The position numbers were made by a program, and so were the translations under genes. Positions 9,699 through 16,654 of a DNA stretch of 40,310 nt are shown in pieces; within the stretch, counting starts at the first letter, position 1; each line of letters begins with the position of its first letter. The notes beneath the pieces are model-generated. The model saw nothing but the letters and a program-made list of their open reading frames with translations. It made no database searches and had not been told where the DNA came from. The stretch is from the NCBI GenBank assembly GCA_031372065.1, contig JANMKN010000393.1, forward strand, positions 1 to 40,310. Reading direction: 5' to 3'. This DNA is from Abditibacteriaceae bacterium. GTDB lineage: Bacteria; Armatimonadota; Abditibacteriia; Abditibacteriales; Abditibacteriaceae.

Positions 9699-12600
9699 TG
9701 CAGACCTTTCGTTGCCATTTCCACCAGTGGATAAGCCACCAACCGCGCCGGGCCGAGTAAGCCGGCAGGCGGCGGTTCGTGGGATGAAATTAGCGGCGCG
9801 TTGGTGTTCCAAATACACAAATGAATGGCATTGGCGGTGCCGATTTGCAGGGCGTTTGTCACTTCAAAGCGCCACGGCGGTGCGAGGAGTGTGCCGCAAA
9901 AGGTGTCGTTGACGCGCAAGGCCACGCCTTCGCGCACGCGCGATAATTCCAGCCAAATGCGGCAGTTTTTCCACGATTCGGGCGCTTTTGCAGTTTGCAA
10001 ATAATGAATTTCTCCGGCAAACCACGACAAGTTTTGTTCGTGCCACGAACCGCCACTTAGTTCAAAACTTTGCGGCGCGATGAGCGATTCGCCATCACTC
10101 AAATCAAAATCGCCCACCAGCAAAACTTGCGGCATTTCATAAGCCGCAGACAAGGTGCAATCTACGGCATTGTGACCAGCCAAAAGTGGCGTGACGGAAA
10201 ACCAAGTGCCCGCTAACGATGCCCACGCGAATTCATTCAAAAATGGCGGATTAGCCTTGTTCAAAGTTTCGCCATTGAGGAACAAGCGGGCTTCTTCTTG
10301 GTTGATGTGCGCCCACAAAGTCAGCGACGAAACTTCGTGCGGCTCGCCTGAAACATCGAACGACGAATGCCACGCCGGATGCGAAGTTTGGCCTTGCGTA
10401 GCTGCGCCTGCCTGAAACCAATTGTTCAAACGAAAGGCGTTTGGATTGAGCCGTCGCGCCTGCCATTCATCTGCTAAAAGCAGAGGCAGCGGTAAAATAA
10501 GGCGCTCGCCGCGCAGCGATTGGAAACGCCCTGCTTGTTGCAAAAGCAGGCGTGGCGCGGGCGAATCAGTGGCGTAGCCGCGCGCCGTTTGACCATCGTA
10601 GTTTTCTACCGTGAACGAAGCGCGTTCAAGATGAATTTGCGCTTGTGGGCGCCATTCGAGCCACAGCGATTCATTCGCGGCCAGTGTTAAATCAAGTCCA
10701 AAACCGCCGCCTTCGTTTTCCGAAAACGACGACCATACATAAAGATTTTCGGCTTCGTCTTTTGTTGAATCGAGCCGAAACAAGGCCGATTGCTCACTTG
10801 TGCGTGTGGCACGCAAACGCAAATGCAATTCTTGCGAAGCCCCACTGTTGAACAAAAAAAGCAGATTGCCTTCGGCAGTTTCGCGCCTTGCGAAACGCAG
10901 ACTTTTCGACTGACATTCGAGCGGCGCAGGCAAGCTATCTTTCAGCATTTGGCGCACCCGCAGAAGCGCATCATCATTGTCGGAATTCAGCGCCGGTTGG
11001 TAGCAAGCCCAGCGGCCTTCGCGTTCGTTTTGCCGCGTAATAGGAAACCCGGTGGACGATTCTTCGGCGCCCCAAATATCCACAGGGCCGTGTTCATAAA
11101 GGTCGGCCACCGTCAGCATAGTGGTCTGTGAAATGGAGTTTTCCAGTTCCTCGTCGCGGCCCCGCTCGCTCCAACGCGGCAACAAACCAAGACAAAGCAC
11201 TTTGCCGCCACTTTCGACAAAATCTTTCAAGCGTCGCCATAAATCCCAATGCATCGTGGTAACGCCGGACAAAACTAAAACATCCAACGGAATGCCCGCG
11301 CGCCCGCAGAGCAATTGCCCTTCGCGCAATGTGGCGTCCAAAACATCGGCTTCTTCGACTAACATAAAATCGAAATGCAATTCGTCAAGCAACGCGGTAG
11401 CAGATAGATAATCTTCCCAAACCCAACGCGTTAGGCGATGCCCTTTGGGATGATAATGCGCCCATGCCGAACGCGTCGAAAGCAGCACGCCAATGCGTCC
11501 GGCGGGGCGCGAATTCGATAACCATTGTCCAACGCGCGATAATTCGGCATTCCATGCTGCTAATGCCGCTGCGAAGGGTTGAAACGGCTCATCCGGCGGC
11601 GCTATTTGCCCGCCAATACCGTGTTGTGCCAATTGATTTAATAGCGGCACGCGATCTTGCGGCGGAAAATTTTCCGGCCAAACAATCAACGGCGACGCGT
11701 GGTTTTGCAGCGCAGCTATCGAAGCGGTCAGGCGCGTCATTAACAGGTTGTCGTTAGCCCCCACAAAAAGGCGATGCGCCACGCGAAATGCCGAGCCCAA
11801 ATCGCCATAGGCGCGCGTTACATCGTTAAATGTTTCCCCGCTTGCGCCGCGCGGCCACAAGGCTAATTGCAGATTATTTTCGTCGCACCAGTCACGTAGC
11901 GGCTGCCACCAGTTTTTGTTTAGTAACGTGCTAACCGTTTGCCAAAAATGCTGCCGCACCATAACCGCCTCATCGCCTTGCGGCGCAATCAGTGAAGCCA
12001 TGCGCGGCAATAAATCGTAGCCGTGTTGCACGTGAAATGCTTCTGGCAAAAGCGGCGACCACGGCAATTCATCGGGCGCGGTTTGCGCAAGCGCTGGCCC
12101 CGCTGTCCAGAAACCGCGAATAGTTGTGCCGAAAAACTCTCCCACGGCTTCGCGATAGGAATGGTGAACCAATTCCACAAAATGGCGCGCGGCATAAGGC
12201 GTCATACGGTCAATAGCGTTTGGCGATGGTTCGGCAAAGAAGGCTACGACTTGCACATCTTCGTTGAATGCCGCCACACCACGCGCAGGATTTTCGTCCC
12301 AATCGGACAGTAAATCCTGCGCTTCTTGCCAGCGCACCTTTGATTTTTCGCGCGGCGCGGCCCAAGCCGCTATGGGCTTTTGCTGTGGCGCTTGCCAAGC
12401 GGCGGCGGCTTCGCGCGAGAAATTTTCAAACTGAAAACGCAATGACCACGCATGGTTTTCTTGCCTCGCACGGGCCAGTTCGCCGCTGCCCGACGGCATT
12501 TTCCAATCGTCGGCCAGCCACAAAATTAAACCTTCTTTGCCGCAAACTTCCGAGACAAAACGCACCCTCCGCATCCATTCCTGCCCTAAATAACCATCTG

Positions 12601-12760
12601 GTGCTGCGGGCGGCGACAAAACCAAACCACCGTAGCCACTTTGCCGCAAAGTGCCCAATTCGCGCCGTAACAAAGCCTCATCAAAGGCATCGTGCCAGAA
12701 CCAGCGCACCAACGAGTTTTCGCAAGGCGCGTGTTGGCTGGAATAATCGGAAGTGGTCAT
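9695..12760 (-). CDS. GH106 (alpha-L-rhamnosidase)-like glycoside hydrolase homolog, apparently degenerate
   Basis: RWFWHD...GYGG...YLGQEW, LPWS..LPEAF..HGYDLL, GATase-like middle domain and C-terminal GSWHEQNLSWFAG...APPWRFEVT...PAGLLGP beta-sandwich. Confidence 0.65.
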   Translation of the reverse strand: MTTSDYSSQHAPCENSLVRWFWHDAFDEALLRRELGTLRQSGYGGLVLSPPAAPDGYLGQEWMRRVRFVSEVCGKEGLILWLADDWKMPSGSGELARARQENHAWSLRFQFENFSREAAAAWQAPQQKPIAAWAAPREKSKVRWQEAQDLLSDWDENPARGVAAFNEDVQVVAFFAEPSPNAIDRMTPYAARHFVELVHHSYREAVGEFFGTTIRGFWTAGPALAQTAPDELPWSPLLPEAFHVQHGYDLLPRMASLIAPQGDEAVMVRQHFWQTVSTLLNKNWWQPLRDWCDENNLQLALWPRGASGETFNDVTRAYGDLGSAFRVAHRLFVGANDNLLMTRLTASIAALQNHASPLIVWPENFPPQDRVPLLNQLAQHGIGGQIAPPDEPFQPFAAALAAWNAELSRVGQWLSNSRPAGRIGVLLSTRSAWAHYHPKGHRLTRWVWEDYLSATALLDELHFDFMLVEEADVLDATLREGQLLCGRAGIPLDVLVLSGVTTMHWDLWRRLKDFVESGGKVLCLGLLPRWSERGRDEELENSISQTTMLTVADLYEHGPVDIWGAEESSTGFPITRQNEREGRWACYQPALNSDNDDALLRVRQMLKDSLPAPLECQSKSLRFARRETAEGNLLFLFNSGASQELHLRLRATRTSEQSALFRLDSTKDEAENLYVWSSFSENEGGGFGLDLTLAANESLWLEWRPQAQIHLERASFTVENYDGQTARGYATDSPAPRLLLQQAGRFQSLRGERLILPLPLLLADEWQARRLNPNAFRLNNWFQAGAATQGQTSHPAWHSSFDVSGEPHEVSSLTLWAHINQEEARLFLNGETLNKANPPFLNEFAWASLAGTWFSVTPLLAGHNAVDCTLSAAYEMPQVLLVGDFDLSDGESLIAPQSFELSGGSWHEQNLSWFAGEIHYLQTAKAPESWKNCRIWLELSRVREGVALRVNDTFCGTLLAPPWRFEVTNALQIGTANAIHLCIWNTNAPLISSHEPPPAGLLGPARLVAYPLVEMATKGLQ

Positions 12761-12813
12761 GAGAAAAAGCGAGGCACTTCTATTTTACAACCGCCAATGC
12801 ACCTGAAACGACA

Positions 12814-12847
12814 AAACGCTCCGATGAAAATTTTCATCGGAGCGTTT
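12814..12847. terminator. Perfect 34-bp palindrome; probable intrinsic terminator of the minus-strand HEPN operon
   Basis: aaacgctccgatgaaaa|ttttcatcggagcgttt; ends in a T-run on the minus strand. Confidence 0.75.
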
Positions 12848-12855
12848 CACAGCAG

Positions 12856-12879
12856 TCGGAAGGTGCGGTGGATAAGGTC
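12856..12879. repeat. Direct repeat copy 1 (partner at 15025-15048)
   Basis: tcggaaggtgcggtggataaggtc vs tcggaagatgcgatggattagttc, 20/24 identical; each copy follows a hairpin. Confidence 0.7.
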
Positions 12880-12914
12880 TTTAAATCAATGAATCAGCCA
12901 TGTTCGTTGTCCTT

Positions 12915-13529
12915 TCAGGAAGTCGTCTTATCTCGTTTTTCAATGCCTTTTAGCTTCGATTCTGGAAGTGACGAATACAAAGCCGCCAATTTCTTAGGCT
13001 GTGAAATGCGATTTTCAACAATGAAGTTAATGAGGGAAAACAAGTGTGTAGCTGTTTCCACATCATCCTTCAAGTTCATTTCACCGGGATGAACTGATTC
13101 ATTGCCGATTACACGAACAATATCTAATGCCTGTTGAACTTCAACGGGCAAACCCTTTTTCACCAATTCCTTGATGTCATCATCAATTTTCTTTCCCTTT
13201 TCACCCAATTCAACACACAACTTTTGGATGGCAAGTCGAAGCAATGCAGCGGCACCACGCGGGGAACGATTGACGATTGAAGCGGCTTCTTCGTAATCTG
13301 CTTTGATGGCTTCTGGCATTTCTGGATGTGCTGGTTCAACGCCGGATTGGTCAGGGAAAATCATCTTGCCGTTATACCAAAGACTAAGGCAGCCGCAATG
13401 CTGGCAAATTGCTCTATTTACTTGGTCTACTTGCGAACAATACCATTCATGCCAGTTCTGAACAGCGTAAACATGGCAGCGTGGGCAATGGAAATTCTTT
13501 TCATTGAATTTTGGTGGATAATACTTCAC
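12915..13529 (-). CDS. DUF4145 (HEPN-clan) protein with N-terminal zinc ribbon
   Basis: CPRC...CQHC; DYEEA...SPRGAAALLRLAIQKLC; RVIGNESVHPG motif; GTG start behind AAGGA. Confidence 0.85.
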   Translation of the reverse strand: MKYYPPKFNEKNFHCPRCHVYAVQNWHEWYCSQVDQVNRAICQHCGCLSLWYNGKMIFPDQSGVEPAHPEMPEAIKADYEEAASIVNRSPRGAAALLRLAIQKLCVELGEKGKKIDDDIKELVKKGLPVEVQQALDIVRVIGNESVHPGEMNLKDDVETATHLFSLINFIVENRISQPKKLAALYSSLPESKLKGIEKRDKTTS

Positions 13530-13544
13530 TGTTTCGACTTCCTT

Positions 13545-14216
13545 TCAAGCGAAATACTTCGCCATAAAATCACGGACATCAGTAATTATTTTCTTTACAT
13601 CATCTTTCGTGAATTTATCCCAATCGCCGTGGGCCGCTTTGTTTCGGATGTCGGCAATCGCGGTAATTTGCTTCTGGATGAAACTGGGATAATCGCCGCG
13701 TTTTGCCAGTTGACCATTCATGAAGTCCAGTTTGGGTTTATCTGACAGTGTGATTGGCGGGTCACGGTCACACATCTTCCTAAGGGCATCTTCCAACACA
13801 CAACCAGCTACCACAGCAGCCGCTTGATAATCACCTGTTTCCAGAAGATATTCAGCACGTTCAAGAAAGTCATCAAAGACATCTGCTGTTATACGCTGTT
13901 GGAGATTGAACAGATAGCCCTGTTCATAATCCTCTTTGGCCGCTTTCAAAATTCCGACAGCAGATTGGATAGAATGTATGTAACCCAATATGGATGGTGC
14001 GGTATAGATTGAAAAGGTTTCGTAGTGTTCGCTATCCTTTCCAAAAACCTTTGATATTAAATTTTGCCCATTAACTTTAAAACCGGCACAAAACTCAGAA
14101 TCAACTACTTCTGAATCCAGTGTATTTAAATCGAATTGGTTTGATTTTATTGGTGGTTTTTCGCCACGTTTAATCAATTCATTAAAACGGTCAATGATTT
14201 TCTGGTCAACTTTCAT
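13545..14216 (-). CDS. HEPN/DUF4145-like protein, paralog B
   Basis: LERAEYLLETGDYQAAAVVAGCVLEDALR helix and IRNKAAHG (RxxxxH); AT-rich. Confidence 0.8.
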   Translation of the reverse strand: MKVDQKIIDRFNELIKRGEKPPIKSNQFDLNTLDSEVVDSEFCAGFKVNGQNLISKVFGKDSEHYETFSIYTAPSILGYIHSIQSAVGILKAAKEDYEQGYLFNLQQRITADVFDDFLERAEYLLETGDYQAAAVVAGCVLEDALRKMCDRDPPITLSDKPKLDFMNGQLAKRGDYPSFIQKQITAIADIRNKAAHGDWDKFTKDDVKKIITDVRDFMAKYFA

Positions 14217-14226
14217 AGTGTTCCCT

Positions 14227-14904
14227 TCACGACAGATGATATTCCAGAAATGACCTAACAGCAGGAATCATCCGTCCCACTTCATCCTTCATTTGCTGTG
14301 CATCATGTCCAGTTAATCCAACCCATTTTCCATGTGCCGCATCATTTCTTATAGCGGCCAAAGATGTCACATTTTTCTTTGTCAAGGCGTTGTAAACGTT
14401 CTTTTTTGCCAATTCATCATTCATCCAGTTCAATTTGGGCTGGTCTGGAAGTGTGATTCCTTCACGGTCACATAGTTTGCGAAGTCCATCTTCCAATACA
14501 CACCCAGCTAAAACAGCCGCCGGGATATAATAACCTTCATTCAAAAGCTGTTCAGCCTGTTCTAAAAGGTCATCAAAAATTTCGGCTTCAACTAACTTAC
14601 GAAGGTCAAATAAATAACCATTTCCATAATCTTCTTTGGCCGCTTTCAAAATTCCAACTGCTTTTTTTAATTTATACAGTTGTTCAAGGGATGCAGTGTC
14701 TAATTTGTCAAAGTTGGTATAGTGGACGCTTTCTATTCCCATGACCTTACCAAGAAGACTTAATGTATTGGTTTTCCATGTGAATAGAAAATCGCCTTGA
14801 ACAATAGTATCACCTGAATATCCACCAGTTCTGGTGGATGGATTTTCCCCACGTTCAATCAATTCATCAAAGCGGGCAATGATTTTCTGGTCAACTTTGG
14901 ACAT
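14227..14904 (-). CDS. HEPN/DUF4145-like protein, paralog A
   Basis: LEQAEQLLNEGYYIPAAVLAGCVLEDGLR and IRNDAAHG (RxxxxH); RBS AAGGAAGG upstream. Confidence 0.8.
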   Translation of the reverse strand: MSKVDQKIIARFDELIERGENPSTRTGGYSGDTIVQGDFLFTWKTNTLSLLGKVMGIESVHYTNFDKLDTASLEQLYKLKKAVGILKAAKEDYGNGYLFDLRKLVEAEIFDDLLEQAEQLLNEGYYIPAAVLAGCVLEDGLRKLCDREGITLPDQPKLNWMNDELAKKNVYNALTKKNVTSLAAIRNDAAHGKWVGLTGHDAQQMKDEVGRMIPAVRSFLEYHLS

Positions 14905-14937
14905 TTCTTTTCGCCTTCCTTGTTTGTAGTGAAAACG

Positions 14938-14966
14938 ATTATAACGCAGTCTTTAGAATCCCGGAA
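14938..14966 (-). promoter_or_regulatory. Possible sigma70 promoter for the HEPN operon
   Basis: TATAAT at 14943-14938 with a weak -35 (TTCCGG) 17 nt upstream. Confidence 0.4.
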
Positions 14967-14979
14967 GGGTATAGAATGC

Positions 14980-15012
14980 AAAAATCCCGCTGAAATTAAT
15001 CAGCGGGATTTT
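14980..15012 (-). terminator. Intrinsic terminator between the structured leader and the HEPN genes
   Basis: 13-bp stem aaaatcccgctga/tcagcgggatttt, 6-nt loop, T-run on the minus strand. Confidence 0.75.
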
Positions 15013-15024
15013 CGTTTTAAGACT

Positions 15025-15048
15025 TCGGAAGATGCGATGGATTAGTTC
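15025..15048. repeat. Direct repeat copy 2 (partner at 12856-12879)
   Basis: 20/24 identity with copy 1; coincides with the 3' arm of the predicted RNA structure. Confidence 0.7.
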
Positions 15049-15212
15049 AGCTTGACTGCTAATCCCGCATAAGCGTGCGTTTTGTCGCTTTGACAGTTCA
15101 TATACACAGATGGGGCAGCCCATGATGTGCATAGAAAGTCTTTCAAGCTAAAACTCGCACCCCCCTGATCCAATACTTTTACTTGAAATATTGACCACCT
15201 CCTTTTTGGATT
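15025..15212 (-). ncRNA. Candidate structured RNA or leader of ~190 nt (family not recognised)
   Basis: Lies between a promoter and a terminator; GGGGGGUGCGA (15165-15155) pairs with UCGCAUCUUCC (15037-15027); GUUUUAGCUUGA (15154-15143) pairs with UCAAGCUGAAC (15055-15045); inner hairpin 15133-15101. Confidence 0.5.
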
Positions 15213-15218
15213 AATTCC

Positions 15219-15248
15219 AGTGTAAACGGGGATTGTGGGTTTAGTCAA
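15219..15248 (-). promoter_or_regulatory. Sigma70-type promoter
   Basis: TTGACT-N18-TACACT. Confidence 0.6.
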
Positions 15249-15283
15249 GAGAGGAGCGCTAAATTTTTGTCAAACTGTGCGCC

Positions 15284-16558
15284 ATGAAGCGCCGCACATT
15301 TTTAAAAACTGCTGGCAGTCTGGCAGCGTTGCCGCTGTTGTCCTCTTCTTCTCCCTTGTTCGGCGAGCAAAACTCTCTCCCTTTCACAACAGATGACGAA
15401 GCGTTTTTGGATGAACTTCAACACGCTTGTTTTCGTTTTTTTTGGGAAACCGCCGAAGCGGGCAGCGGTTTGGTGCCTGATCGCGCTCACGCCGATGGCA
15501 GCAACCGGCCCGATGTTGCCAGCATCGCTTCGACAGGTTTTGGCCTCACAGCACTTTGCATTGCGCACCAACGTGGTTGGCAGGAATCAGACGAAATCAC
15601 AGCACGCGTGCGCAACACGCTCCGTTTTTTGCGCGATAAAATGCCGCAGAAAAAGGGATTCTTTTATCACTTCGTCAACATCAAAAGCGGCGAACGCGTG
15701 TGGAAATGCGAAATTTCCACCATTGACACCGCGATTTTGCTCTGTGGCGTGCTGTCGTGCCGGGGCTATTTCGACGATGCCGAAATCCACACTTTAGCCG
15801 ATGATATTTATGCCCGCGTAGATTGGCCGTGGCTCACCGATGGCCTGTTAATTCGTCACGGTTGGAAGCCCGAAAGCGGGTTTTTGAAATACCACTGGGG
15901 TGCATATTCCGAACTGATGATGCTGTATTTGCTCGCTATCGGCGCGCCGGAAAAGCCGATTGATGCGCGGGCATGGCACGCATGGACACGCCCGTGGTTT
16001 GACTACGAAGGCTTGCACTACATCAATGTCAACGCGCCGCTATTCATCCATCAATATTCGCACGCGTGGCTCGATTTTCGTGGACAACACGATGATTACA
16101 CCAACTATTTTGAGAATTCTGTTTTGGCGACTAAAGCGCATCGCTTGTTTTGCGTGAAATTAATGGAGCGTTTTGGACACTTTGGGCCAGCAGCATGGGG
16201 CATTACAGCATCGGATTCGCAAAAAGGCTACAAAGCGTGGGGCGGGCCGCCGGAACACGGCAATTTAGATGGCACGATAGTGCCATGCGCAGCAGGCGGT
16301 TCGCTGGCATTTTTGCCGCAGGAATGCCTCGCGTGTCTGCGCAATTTGCGCGAAAAATATCCGCGTGCGTGGCGCCATTATGGTTTTGTGGACGCGTTTA
16401 ACCCGCAAAGCGGTTGGTATGACGCCGATGTGATTGGCATTGATGTCGGCATCACACTTTTGATGGCCGAAAACGCGCGCAGCGGGTTTGTGTGGGATAT
16501 CTTCATGCGCAACGAAACAATGCAAAATGCCATGAAGAAAGCTGGTTTTAGGCTTTAG
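15284..16558 (+). CDS. Glucoamylase-family (GH144-like, endo-beta-1,2-glucanase type) protein with Tat signal
   Basis: MKRRTFLK twin-arginine signal; ASIASTGFGL, GFFYHF, EISTIDTA, PLFIHQYSHAWLDFRG, YGFVDAFN, IGIDVG. Confidence 0.88.
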   Translation: MKRRTFLKTAGSLAALPLLSSSSPLFGEQNSLPFTTDDEAFLDELQHACFRFFWETAEAGSGLVPDRAHADGSNRPDVASIASTGFGLTALCIAHQRGWQESDEITARVRNTLRFLRDKMPQKKGFFYHFVNIKSGERVWKCEISTIDTAILLCGVLSCRGYFDDAEIHTLADDIYARVDWPWLTDGLLIRHGWKPESGFLKYHWGAYSELMMLYLLAIGAPEKPIDARAWHAWTRPWFDYEGLHYINVNAPLFIHQYSHAWLDFRGQHDDYTNYFENSVLATKAHRLFCVKLMERFGHFGPAAWGITASDSQKGYKAWGGPPEHGNLDGTIVPCAAGGSLAFLPQECLACLRNLREKYPRAWRHYGFVDAFNPQSGWYDADVIGIDVGITLLMAENARSGFVWDIFMRNETMQNAMKKAGFRL

Positions 16559-16652
16559 GTCTTTGGTTTTGGGTTTTTGGACTTCGATTTTTAGTCTCAT
16601 AAGGCATCATAACTTCGCATAACCAAAACCTAAAACCAAAGACCTAAAACCC
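16544..16652. repeat. 7-nt-periodic inverted repeat between convergent genes
   Basis: tttaggtctttggttttgggtttttgg ... ccaaaacctaaaaccaaagacctaaa. Confidence 0.75.
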
Positions 16653-16654
16653 AC

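Noticed and set aside
9699..9818. N-terminal extension of the oxidoreductase ORF
   Set aside because: Overlaps the GH106-like gene; the Rossmann motif begins right after ATG 9698
12814..15048. Integron cassette array, retron or CRISPR mini-array
   Set aside because: No attC-like RYYYAAC/GTTRRRY ends, no reverse transcriptase, integrase or cas genes; only two repeat copies, 2.2 kb apart
15025..15165. tmRNA or tRNA call because of the GGGGG start
   Set aside because: Too short for tmRNA, with no T-arm GTTCGA/CCA end and no convincing ALAA-type tag
15193..15205. CACCTCCTTT resembling the 3' end of 16S rRNA
   Set aside because: No other rRNA sequence around it; better read as an SD on the minus strand
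15042..15248. 68-aa ORF from TTG 15248 as listed in the track
   Set aside because: The TTG is the -35 box of the predicted promoter; only the part downstream of the SD could be translated
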